From: Octopus vulgaris
Taxonomy: Eukaryota
DNA length: 64,000 bases
Direction of reading: 5' to 3'
NCBI GenBank assembly: GCA_951406725.2
Contig: OX597833.1
Location: 39,060,001 to 39,124,000 of the forward strand
Positions 52,700 through 64,000 of the stretch are shown in pieces. Position 1 is the stretch's first letter. Each line of letters starts with the position of its first letter. Both the position numbers and the translations under genes were made by a program. The notes beneath the pieces were generated by a model, which saw only the letters and a list, made by a program, of their open reading frames with translations, was not told the origin of the DNA and searched no databases.

Positions 52700-53224
52700 A
52701 GCGTCAGTAAACAAACTGAGTCATAAGGCTGAGTACGGAAAAGAGAAACACATTGAGAAAAACATGAAAGAAAAGCAGGAAATCAAAATGCCATCTTATA
52801 TTGACCAATGATTGTCTTATTATATGAGCAAACATTATGAAGATTTCTTTATTTGCCACAAGGGCAGCAATAAAAGATATTACAAAGATAATAATGGTTG
52901 TTGCTCTCATTCTTGTTCTTGTTTAGTTCCAGGTCAAATCTGATTGATCAGACCTATGAAGATCCTGTTTTCCTGCTGTGGTATGTAGGATGATATTATC
53001 TAATGTGTCATTTCTAGATTGAAGACAGCAGGGATGAATTAAGGGAGATTGGGTTGCTATTTCTAGTAGATTACGTGACCTTGTAGAGGCTCACTTATTG
53101 GCTTGAATATCTGATTCATAATGGAATTAGTATAGGAGAGTTGCTTAAGCCACATAAGGCAGCTGGGCTTATCATCCAGTTTAACACTTTTGCTTAAAAG
53201 CAGAACTGGACAATCCCTTTGCTG

Positions 53225-53225
<1 letters not shown>

Positions 53226-53255
<30 letters not shown>

Positions 53256-53560
53256 TGTATGTATGTATGTATGTTTGTATGTATGTATGTATGTATGTAT
53301 GAATGTATGTATGTATATATGCATGTATGTATGAATATGTATGTATGCATGTATGTATGAATATGTATGTATGTATGCATGTATGTATGTATGTATGTAT
53401 GTATGTATGTATGTATGTATGTATGTATGCATGTATGTATGAATATGTATGTATGTATGCATGTATGTATGAATATGTATGTATGCATGTATGTATGCAT
53501 GTATGTATGTATGTATATATGCAAGCATGCATGCATGCATGTATGTACATGCATGTATGC
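53226..53560. repeat. (ATGT)n tetranucleotide tract
   Basis: Direct reading. Confidence 0.95.
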
Positions 53561-54160
53561 ACGTGTTTCCATATGTGTATGTTTTCATAACTGAGTGCAC
53601 ATTACCTCTCATTTTCAGGTGTATGTTGATTGTAAACAAAGTCTAACCATTCACGCAAACAGTGTTTCTTTTTTTTTTTTCGTTTGCAGTCTCACCCACC
53701 CCACACCCCATGAAAGCATATCTGGGAAGTTCACTGTTTGATAGATCGGAAGATTATTACCTTGTTTGGATACAATGAGAGGGTGTCATCAAGAAGGGTA
53801 TCTGCTTGTAGAAAATTCTATTTCAACAAAGTCTTGCCTAATCTATGCAAGCAAAGAAAAGAAGACATTAAAATGATGATGATGATGATGCTGATGATAA
53901 TGATGATACTATGTGACATCAGTATTCAAATATGTTTACTTTCCTTTTTTGAAGGAGATACAGATTTTAAAAAATAAATTTTTTTATGTAATTTTAAATA
54001 AAAACTTTTTTTTTCGTATCCTGTAAAAAAAGTTCCATCTTCCTCAGAGTTGAACCTTTGGTATACATCATCTTTCAAAATTAAATTCAGGCAAAAGATT
54101 TTACTGTTGGCATCTCTCTTTTTCTCCCCCTCTCTCTCTCCCTCCACATCTCTCTCTCAC

Positions 54161-54199
<39 letters not shown>

Positions 54200-54304
54200 T
54201 CATCATCATCATCATCGTTTAGCGTCCGTTTTACGATGATGATGATGATGATGATAGAGAGAGAGAGAGAGAGAGAGAAATAGTGAGAGAGAGATGTGGA
54301 GGGA

Positions 54305-54352
<48 letters not shown>

Positions 54353-54359
<7 letters not shown>

Positions 54360-54577
54360 TATCATCAACATTGTTTAACATCCACCTTCCATACTGGCAT
54401 TGAGGGGATGGTTTTGATAAGAGCTGGCCAGGCAGAAGCCTGCTCCAAACTTCTGTAACTGTTTTGGCAGGATTTTTACAGCTGGATGCCCTTCCTAACA
54501 CCAACCCCTCAGCATACATACATACATACATACATACATACATACATACATACATACATACATGCATACATTATATA
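54353..54577. repeat. 225-bp block duplicated at 56541-56765
   Basis: Appears identical, with offset 2188 at both ends, including the (CATA)n length. Confidence 0.9.
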
Positions 54578-54596
54578 CATGCATACATTATATATT

Positions 54597-54767
54597 ACAC
54601 TACACTCACGGAGTGGTTGGCGTTAGGAAGGGCATCCAGCTGTAGAAACATTGCCAGATTAGACTGGAGCCTGGTGCAGCCTTCTGGCTTCCCAGAACCC
54701 CGGTCGAACCGTCCAACCCATGCTAGCATGGAGAACGGACGTTAAACGACGATGATGATGATGATGA
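54597..54767 (+). mobile_element. RTE LINE 3' tail
   Basis: Matches 42295-42465. Confidence 0.88.
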
Positions 54768-54867
54768 TTATTAATAGTTAGGGAATGTAATAATTCCCAG
54801 CCAACAGGAAAAAAAAAATTCAATTTAGCACACTAGATCAAAATTTCAATATATATATATATATATA

Positions 54868-55435
54868 AATGGAGTTTAACGCAGGTATAAATCAAATACT
54901 TTTACTTTCGACACCTGTTTCGAAGATTTCACTGATATTATTCAAAAGAATAAATGGTATAAAACCATGCAATCTTCTCTTCAGGGAAGTGAAAAAACGA
55001 AACTCGTCAATAAGACAGTTTAGCAAAAAATGATGGATATGTATAGTGATTTACTGAACGCTATTAATATTGTTTGAAAAAATGTTATATGATATAACAT
55101 CAGAAGTAGCTTACAGAAAGAGTAGGGATATTAATAGTGAATGTTAAATATAAAGGAAATTAATGTTTAAATTATATATAATGATAGAGATTACTTATAT
55201 GCACTAAAGGTGTATTTTTGCCAATGTTTATATCAGTATGCATGCTCTATAATCGTGTTTACTAGGGGATTTTTAGAAAAAATAATGAAAAATAGTTCAG
55301 AATTACAGAGAAGACAGAATTCCTTGCCTTTGTCATAAGATATCGGGATTGAGAGAATCAACCATTCTAAATTAAATTGTTCATTGTGGTCTTTTAGATC
55401 CCAAATTAATTAAATAAGGCAAAAATACACTCATC
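54868..55435 (-). mobile_element. Penelope-like retroelement 3' end (GIY-YIG C-terminus plus hammerhead-bearing UTR)
   Basis: 55409-55191 reads LIWDLKDHNEQFNLEWLILSIPISYDKGKEFCLLCNSELFFIIFSKNPLVNTIIEHAY*YKHWQKYTFSAYK*; hammerhead about 200 nt downstream; (TA)n flanks. Confidence 0.75.
54904..54990 (-). ncRNA. Type I hammerhead ribozyme with intact core
   Basis: ACTTCC-CTGAAGA-GAAGATT[loop]AATCTTC-GAAA-CAGGTG-TC-GAAAGT; stem II 7 bp perfect, stem I 5/6, GUC cleavage triplet. Confidence 0.78.
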
Positions 55436-55465
55436 TATATATCTATATATATATATATATATATA

Positions 55466-55563
55466 TATAATTTAGTGACAAACCGCTATTTAGTTGGTTA
55501 CTATAGATAAAATCGGTTCACTATTGATAGAATAACTAAATAGTGGTTTATCTCTAAATTATA
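55466..55563. repeat. Small inverted-repeat element in (TA)n
   Basis: TAATTTAGTGACAAACCGCTATTTAGTT / AACTAAATAGTGGTTTATCTCTAAATTA. Confidence 0.75.
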
Positions 55564-55571
55564 TATATATA

Positions 55572-55830
55572 TCATCATCATCATCATCATCATCGTTTAA
55601 CGTCCGTTTTCCGCGCTAGCACGGGTTGGACGGTTCGACCGGGGTCTGGGAAGCCAGGGGCCGCTCCAGGCTCCAGTCTGATTTTGGCAGAGTTTCTACG
55701 GCTGGATGCCCTTCCTAACGCCAACCACTCCGTGAGTGGATTGGGTGCTTTTTACGTGCCACCTGCACAGGGGCCGGGGGGTCCGGCATCGGTCACGATC
55801 GGTTCGAGCTTTTAACGTGCCAGGGACACG
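55572..55830 (-). mobile_element. RTE LINE 3' tail (young-looking, CpG-rich)
   Basis: Reverse complement of 42240-42465. Confidence 0.88.
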
Positions 55831-56512
55831 GGGGGCAACGGGATGCGGGGTAGAGTTGAGTTGGGGGGGGGTCCAGCTGAGAAAGGTTTCACCAGTGAAA
55901 AGAGAGGGAGAGATAGTAAAGGGGTGCGGGTAATATAGGGGAGCACCAGTGGGGAAGGTTGGGGTAAGGAGGAACGATGGCAGGAAGGGTTGGTGAAGGT
56001 TCGTAAGAAATATAAACGTAGGATGTGTATATATATATATGGGTAGGTGTGGGGGAGGTTGGGGGGGTAAGGAGGAACAATGGCAGGAAGGGTTGGTGCA
56101 GGTTCGTAAGAAATAAAAACGTAGGATATTACGAGGCATGGAGGGGACTGGAAGGAGATAGTAGGATTGAGGCAGTGTCAGTTCAAAACAGGAGGAAGCG
56201 TAAGATCAGAGGGCGGTTGATGAGCTGAGACGCTAGCAGCTTGTCTTTTCTCAGTGAAAGCATATGAGGAGAAGGGGTAGGAAGGGGTGGTGGGGGAGGA
56301 GGAGGGAGTATCCGGTGTAGATGGTGAGAACAGTGTTCACCGGTATTGGTGGTATTGGTGGTGGGGGTGGTATTGGTGGTGGGGGTGGTATTGGTGGTGG
56401 GGGTGGTATTGGTGGTGGGGGTGGGAGGGCGGGCGCACCGCGCAATGGGAGAAGATAAGATTTTTAGGCGGCAGAAAGAAAGACAGGATTTGAGATGGAA
56501 TGCTTTGCGATC

Positions 56513-56545
<33 letters not shown>

Positions 56546-56784
56546 TATATCATCAACATTGTTTAACATCCACCTTCCATACTGGCATTGAGGGGATGGT
56601 TTTGATAAGAGCTGGCCAGGCAGAAGCCTGCTCCAAACTTCTGTAACTGTTTTGGCAGGATTTTTACAGCTGGATGCCCTTCCTAACACCAACCCCTCAG
56701 CATACATACATACATACATACATACATACATACATACATACATACATACATGCATACATTATATAAGCACTATTCTAAAGTGAT

Positions 56785-56987
56785 TGATGCCCGGCTTGCC
56801 TGACTGGCTCCTGTGCTGGTGACATGAAAGAAGCACCCACTACAGTCTTGGAGTGGTTGGCGTTAGGAAGGGCATCCAGCTTTAGAAACATTGCCAGATC
56901 AGATTGGAGCCTAGTGCAGCCGCTGGCTCTCCAGACCCCAGTCAAACCGTCCAACCCATGCCAGCATGCAAAATGGACGTTAAATGA

Positions 56988-57005
<18 letters not shown>
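56785..57005 (+). mobile_element. RTE LINE 3' tail
   Basis: GGTTGGCGTTAGGAAGGGCATCCAGC...GGACGTTAAAT(GAT)n. Confidence 0.85.
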
Positions 57006-57021
<16 letters not shown>

Positions 57022-57365
57022 GGTGGTGATGATGATGTATATTTATAAGAAAATAAAGTGATTAAAAAATTCAGGCAGATATCAATAAAACACTGTTTTA
57101 AATGAATTTGGTTAATCATACTAAACAATCAGACACCAATAAATGCAAGTAGAATATACATTCAAGGTAATTCCTCATGTATGTCAAGTAGATCCAAATA
57201 TCATTTAGAAGAATTTCAAGAAATTCAGAGTATTGAACAACAAAAATACACACAGAGAAAATCACACGTTTACTGTAGAATTCCCCTTATAAAGCCAACA
57301 ATTGTTTCTATTGTGTTAACATATTTATATATTGAAGATATCATTGAAATTAATATTTCTGAAAA

Positions 57366-57737
57366 TCTCTCTATATATAAACGGCAGTTTGTCTGTGTGT
57401 GTTTCTGTGTGTCTGTTAGGTTGTACCCTCACCCTGACCACGGCTTTCAACCGATTCTGATGAAACTTGACACACACATAGCCCAATGTCATAATTCAAA
57501 ACTAACACAGCGAAAATTTTGAAAAGTTCCCCCAGTTCTGAAAAAAATCGATAAATTCGACATGGGGTCGAGAATCAGAAACACAAACCACAGACTGTCT
57601 AGGGGATGCAACTCGATCTTTTTAACTAAAAAAAAAATTTACCATCATTTTTTTTACATCTTTTGGCTATAACTCTCTAAAAATGCTTTATAGTTATTTC
57701 CCTTACAAACCCGAGCAACGCCGGGCGATACTGCTAG
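57366..57737 (+). mobile_element. Non-autonomous Helitron-like element
   Basis: 5' TC preceded by A; subterminal hairpin CCCGAGCAACGCCGGG (57710-57725); 3' CTAG followed by T; no TSD. Confidence 0.72.
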
Positions 57738-58247
57738 TATATGATAAAACAATGTTTTCAAGGTGATTCAAAATTAATTAAATTCAAAGTGAATTAAGGA
57801 TATATTTCCAGTACATGAATGCTTATAAAAAGAATACGAAAAAGAAATATAATCTAAGAAATTTTTGTATTCAACTACTGGTGACGTCAGTGGATAACAA
57901 AAGAATAAAAGATAAGCATAAGAATTCTACATTACAACAATTAGAAACATAGAGATTCTATGTCATGACAATTAGGTACCTATTTATTAAATATAGTAAA
58001 CTGTTTCAGAAAAAAATTATGCTTGAAATTTAGCTGAGATTATAGCAGCACACAACAAACAGAGAATCAAGGAATATCTCAACTTTAAATCTGTAAACAA
58101 GAGTAAAATAGATGTTGTGTATTGTGAAATTAACTCTAAAGTTAGTTTTCCTGAAGTAGGTTTCAATTCTTTAGGTAATCCTGACTCTGATAATACAGTT
58201 ATTGTCTATTTCAATATTAATTATAATAAAAAATCCTGCCTTAGCAC

Positions 58248-58386
<139 letters not shown>

Positions 58387-59223
58387 ATAAGAAATAAAGG
58401 GGATTAATAAATCTTTACAGTGAATTCTATTAAAGTTATTTAAGGGCCAGGTGGTGGTGTTAATCCAAGTAAAAGATAAGTTAAGTCTATCAATCAAGAA
58501 CTCAGAATGCAGAAAACTGGAACATATATCACTGCAAAACATGTCTTCCGGTGTTTTCAGTCAGTCAACAATCCTTTGAAGTGTTCAAATAACCAATTGC
58601 AACCGATCAGGGTTCATGGTATGCATTGTACTATTCATTCTTCCAATTGTTGAATACTAAACGTGGCCTATTAGACCTCAGTTCAGGTCACATTTTTATA
58701 TTTAGTGATTGAAAGGATGAAGTGTTTTGCTCAAGAACGCAACACACAAAACCTGGTCTGAGAATTGAAACCACGATCCCTAACCACTGAGTTACATGCT
58801 TTCACACATTATTGAATAACCATCGACACTCTTGAATTCCTCTGAGTTTTGATCTGGTTTTGTTTGTCAGCCTGCAACATATCCAAAAAATCACTTTCCT
58901 CACTAAGCAAGCTTGTTGAGGTTACTGATTTTATTGCCAATGACCTGACCATATGACAGGTTGTGCTGGGTTGCACATTACTAATAGCACATGAGAGTGA
59001 CCTGACATTGTGCTTTAGCAATTCTGCCAATCCCTTCCGCTGGACGAGAATGTTGTTTAGTTGACTGAAAGGACAAAAGGCAAAGTCGATATTAGCAAGA
59101 TTTGATCTCAGCACTTAGAATTCCTATGCAAATAGTGTAAAGTAACTTCTCTTACACTCTAACAAACAGCCAACCCACCATGCAGTTGGTAGGGTTAGCA
59201 GCGATGGTGGTGATGTAAAATAT

Positions 59224-59842
59224 GGTTTCAAATTTTGGCACAAGGCCAGCAACTTCAGTGAGTGGGTGCGAGTCAATTACATTGATCCCAGTGATTAAGT
59301 GGTACTTAATATATTGACCCCCAAAGGGTCGATGTAAAGACAGACTAAATGCTATGAAGCATTTTGCCCGGCATGCTGATGATCTTGCCAGGTCCCCACC
59401 TTAGTGGTGTAAAATAATGTTAATTAATTGCTTGGGGTAAGGAGAGTCCTGAGATGGCGAATCAGAAAAAAAAAATGACTGCAGCAATATAAGCCAATTT
59501 TTTGTATGAATTATTATTATAAGCAGTCTACTTGTTCCACACGCATACACACACACATGCACACACACACAAACACACACACACACACACACACGCAAAC
59601 ACACACGCACACTTAATTCTTTATTGCCCACAAGGGGCTAAGCATAGAGGGGACAAACAACGACAGACAAAAGGATTAAGTCAATTACATCGACCCCAGT
59701 GTGTAACTGGTACTTATTTAATCGACCCCGAAAGGATGAAAGGCAAAGTCGACCTCGGCGGAATTTGAACTCAGAATGTAACGGCAGATGAAATACCGCT
59801 AAGTACTTCACCTGGCATGCTAATGTTTCTGCCAGCTCGCCA
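59224..59842 (-). mobile_element. Two SINE family A copies (59224-59402 and 59614-59842)
   Basis: Family core and head motifs; the second copy is well preserved. Confidence 0.82.
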
Positions 59843-60229
59843 CACACACATACATACACGTACACAATTACATACACACACGTACACACATACACACACA
59901 TATACACTAACATGTCCACAAACACCTATACACACACACAATTTACCCACCTGCAGAATTCGCTCTGGTACTTAAGTACAAATAAATAAATATCTATTGT
60001 TTGTTGATTGTAGCCATTGATTTAAGTATTTAACTAAAATTAGGGGGATCAGGGAAGGATTAAGGGATAGAGGAACAGTCGGATGTTTTAACATGAAATT
60101 GTTATCATGAGAGGCAACATTCCTTTGGGGAAGTAGCAATGAGAATAGTCACATGAATTATTATGAGCCAAATGAACCATCAGAGAAGCCTCTATTTCAT
60201 TGCTTGATCTGTTAGAAATAACAGCTAAA

Positions 60230-60293
<64 letters not shown>

Positions 60294-60409
60294 TATTAAC
60301 TTAAAAGATAATGCAATTTTAGGTATTCTGTCTGAGACAAGAAAATGGGATGGTCCTGGCTGACATGCCTTTGATTGAAGATCAGTTCATTCAAAGCTCA
60401 TATGAAGCT

Positions 60410-60632
60410 GAACAACAGCAATGACAAGGACAGCAACAATAACAACAACAAAAACAACCTTACCACTACCACCACCACCACCAGCACCACCAGCACCACC
60501 ACCAGCACCACCACCAGCACCACCAGCACCACCAGCACCAGCACCAGCACCACCGCTGTTGCTGTCGCCATCACCACCACTAGCAACAACAACAACACCC
60601 ACATCATCAACAATGACAACTTTAACATCACC

Positions 60633-60665
<33 letters not shown>
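60410..60665. repeat. (AAC)/(ACC)/(AGC) trinucleotide tract
   Basis: Direct reading; explains poly-T/P/G ORFs. Confidence 0.92.
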
Positions 60666-61154
60666 CTAATCTCTGTACACTTCAGCAATCAGTAATTACT
60701 TCAATTCATCAACAGGAGTGTCAGCATAACACTAATCAACAACCAATAAGGTAGTATATCCCTGTTTACTTACCTTTACCACAATACACTAGTATCGACA
60801 GGTATGGTCACCAAAGCTAAACTATATCACCAGATGGTGGTCTTAGCGAGATTACGATTGAGATCATAGTTATTAAAGCAATTAATCATCAATGTCATCA
60901 ATTAAATATTTTCATTACCAGATCTCTTCTGGACCTCTCACCACTACTAGTCAGGTCATTTAAATACTAACATCACCAGATCCCTTACTAAAAATAGTAC
61001 CATTGCCATCACCTGATAACCTGCTCAGAATCCCTATCGAAAATAATCAGGGCATCTTCTAACCCTTTAGTGTTTAAAGTGGCCATATCCAGTCAAAATA
61101 TTCTACTTGTTTTATGTTCAAAACAGCCAGATCTGGCATATCACACCTACCCTG

Positions 61155-61375
61155 CCATGCTAGTGTCGCCTGACTATCTCCTGTGCCAGTGGCATGTAAA
61201 AAGCACCTACTACACTCTCGGAGTGGTTAGCATTAGGAAGGGCATCCAGTTGTAGAAATCTTGCTAAATTAGATTGGAGCCTGGTGCAGCCTCCTGGCTT
61301 ACCAGCCCCTGGTCAAACCGTCCAACCCATGACAGCACGGAAAGCAGATGTTAAACGTTGACGATTATGATGACA
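61155..61375 (+). mobile_element. RTE LINE 3' tail
   Basis: Matches 42270-42445. Confidence 0.82.
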
Positions 61376-61599
61376 TCATCGATATCTCAAAGCTTCAATA
61401 TAATGTGAGATGAACTCAAAGCAATGGGAATAAATAAGCATTAAACAAGAAATAGTAATCTGAATGCTACAGGCTAAACCCCTGTATCACCATACACTCA
61501 CTCTAGAAAATGTCCTGATCTGATTGATCCCTATAGAGTGTGTGTGTGTGTTTGTGTGGAGGGGTGGGAACCACTACTAAGTAAGCATCACTTGATCCC

Positions 61600-62100
61600 T
61601 ACACTGGCAGAATTGTTAGCATGCTGGGCAAAATGTTTAGTGGCATTTCATCCACCTTTATGTTTTGAGTTCAAATTCTACTGAAGACGACTTTGCCTTG
61701 CATACTTTCAGATCGATAAAATAAGAACCAGTTGATCACTGGGGGGGGGGGGCGATGTAATTAATTTACCCCTCCCCCAAATTGCTGGCATTGCTATTTG
61801 AAACCATTGATTTATGCCACCACAACCATCACCACCACCACCACCACAACCACCATCATGACAACTACCACTACTAACACTAACAACAATATTATTTTAC
61901 ACCACCAAGGTGATGAGCTTGCTGAGCAAAAATGATTAGCTGCATTTTGTCCATTTTTATGTTCTAAGCTTCTGCTGGAGTCAACTTTGGCTTTCTTCTC
62001 TTTGGATCCTTCCGGCTGAGTTTGACTTTGGCTTGAATCTTTTTAGAGTTGATAAAATAAGTACCAGTTCAGCACTGGGTTTGGAGTAATTGGCCACCAA
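61600..62100 (+). mobile_element. Two SINE family A copies
   Basis: Heads at about 61603 and 61906; core GATAAAATAAG(A/T)ACCAGTT. Confidence 0.72.
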
Positions 62101-63014
62101 TATTACCAGATTCCTAACTTAAATAACACCATCAACAGATGGCACAACAAGTAGGGGCAATATCCTGCCACCAGCCATGCCTCCCTCAAAAATATGGCAA
62201 CATCAGACACTAGATCTAAATACCATCAGTCACAGTACTGGTTCCCCTCTCTCTAAACAAGACACTTCCATTAATACACAGTTTCACTTGACATAGCTAT
62301 TGCTAAGTATTCACCATCAAATATATGAGCTTGAAAACAAAATGCAAAGGATGAAGATGATCTATAAATTTGACTGTAAAACCGAAAGTGGTAAACTTTG
62401 GGACACTAACTGTTATATTGGGTGGACCAGTACAACAATCTGTTGCAGATTCACTATGGACTTGTAACATGAAGTTATTTCACAACATTACACCATGCAC
62501 CACAAAATGAAATTAGTTAGGAAAATGCTGGGGGAAAATAGTAACATATATACTATCCTACACAAAAACAGAAGGTTAGTTATGGAAACCACACTCATAT
62601 TTCAATGGGTTAGTCCACATTACTTTGTAAGGAGCATAGGGTCTGTTTCCTGGTTTCTTTGGTGTATATATTTCTCCATGGATGGGAGACTGGTCTATTA
62701 CAGGATTACTCATTTTTACCAGCTGAGTGAACTGGAGCAAAGTGAAATGAAGCATTTTTCTCAAGGACACAATGCATTGCTCAGTCCAGGAATTGAAACC
62801 ACAATTTTACAATCATGAGTCAAACACCCAAACCACAAAGCTATGTGTCTCATAACAACGTCATTTTTTTCATGTAGTATGAAACCAATTGATAAGATTG
62901 ACTACAATAGGTACAATGTACTGTACACCTCAATTAATATAACTACTTTATTGACACTTTATGAGTGCATATTTTTTTTTGATTTATGGTTTCTTAGATG
63001 ATATATATATATAT

Positions 63015-63485
63015 ATAGTTAATCCAAACAAGAAAACACAAATAAACAAAAAAACACAACAACGGCGAGGACGTGGAACAAATAAAGTATTATTGGACGC
63101 TCAGGAAAGAAGGGAAGAAGGAGGGTTTAACGTTTCGAGCGGAGCTCTTCGTCGGAAACATAGGAGAAGGAAAGATCCCGAGAAGGGAAGACAGAGGAAA
63201 AAAATCGCCAGCGGTACTCACGAGGTCACATATATATAAATATATATTTACCACCTACCTCATATGCATACATATGCAATTTAACTGCATGTGGTCTATT
63301 GCCGATTTCTTCTTCTCTTTCTTCTTCAGACTTTTTCCTTTCTTGTTTCAGATGAAGAGCTATGCTCAAAACATTAAACTCTCTCCTTTCACCCAGCATC
63401 AAGCTAATATACTTCTTGTGCACGTCCTCATGTTTGTCCTTTTTCTTGTTTTTGTTTTTTATTTTTTTGCTTATTTGAATTAACT
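63015..63485. mobile_element. Head-to-head pair of hammerhead-bearing short repeats (putative Penelope-like pLTRs)
   Basis: Minus copy 63015-63230: GTTT-CCGACGA-A-GAGC-TCC-GCTC-GAAA-CG-TT-AAAC; plus copy 63285-63485: GTTT-CAGATGA-A-GAGC-TAT-GCTC-AAAA-CA-TT-AAAC. Confidence 0.7.
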
Positions 63486-63620
63486 TTTTACTACATGCTT
63501 ACATGGACTGTCCTCTCTCCTTCAGACTGTTTTGGAGTACCTGTTTCATGGCTTTCTTACTTTACCCTCGGAGTACTTTACCTTTTAATTCATTCAGAGT
63601 ACATCGCTTCTGCATCTTGG

Positions 63621-63657
<37 letters not shown>

Positions 63658-63694
63658 CATGCAATTTTATTTAATTGAACAATCCAATCATTAT

Positions 63695-63910
63695 GCCCTC
63701 ATGCTGGTGTCACATAAAAGCACCCACTACACTCTGAGTGGTTGGTGTTAGGAAGGGCATCCAGCTGTAGAAACTCTGCCAGATCAAGATTGGAGCCTGG
63801 TGCAGCCATCTGGTTCGCCAGTTCTCAGTCAAATCGTCCAACCCATGCTACCATGGAAAGCGGACGTTAAACGATGATGATGATGATGAGGATGATGATG
63901 ATGACGATGA
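63695..63910 (+). mobile_element. RTE LINE 3' tail
   Basis: Matches 42270-42465; (GAT)n tail then (TA)n. Confidence 0.88.
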
Positions 63911-64000
63911 TATATATATATGTATAGATGTATGTTTGTGTATATGTATGTGTGCATGTGTGCATTTATGTGTATGTATTAGTGGAAAGATCTGGCACTT

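Noticed and set aside
57452-57480. CTGATGAAAC as hammerhead core
   Set aside because: No stem II between the boxes; part of the Helitron-like element body
58809-59114. 101-aa minus-strand ORF as host exon
   Set aside because: Starts inside a decayed SINE, no recognisable domain, weak donor; cannot be supported without transcripts
60375-60695. Pro/Thr/Gly-rich ORFs
   Set aside because: Trinucleotide low-complexity tract

Overview
AT-rich, microsatellite-saturated eukaryotic DNA. The repeat repertoire (tRNA-derived Meta- and CORE-type SINEs, RTE LINE tails, dense TA/CA/ATT/CAT tracts) points to an octopus-like coleoid cephalopod intergenic or intronic region; this is inference, not a database result. 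No intact host gene, rRNA, true tRNA or CRISPR is supported, and almost all ORF-track entries are microsatellite or repeat artefacts. Recognisable elements: a complete but decayed Ty3/Gypsy LTR element (12703-17553, both LTRs, PBS, PPT, CATAT TSD); a young 5'-truncated R4/Dong-type LINE inside a (TAA)n tract; a 5'-truncated RTE LINE with a PHD finger inside its RT and a 2.4-kb 3'-UTR array of about 30 hairpin-bearing 67-bp units; Tc1, mariner, hAT and Helitron remnants; and dozens of SINEs. The most notable hidden signal is a set of hammerhead-ribozyme motifs from several unrelated short repeats, mostly sitting in (TA)n tracts. One has an intact core with a branched stem II (54904-54990, minus strand) and lies just downstream of a Penelope-like GIY-YIG C-terminus. 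Another carries a swapped G3-C8 core pair. Coordinates were read by eye and may be off by a few bases.
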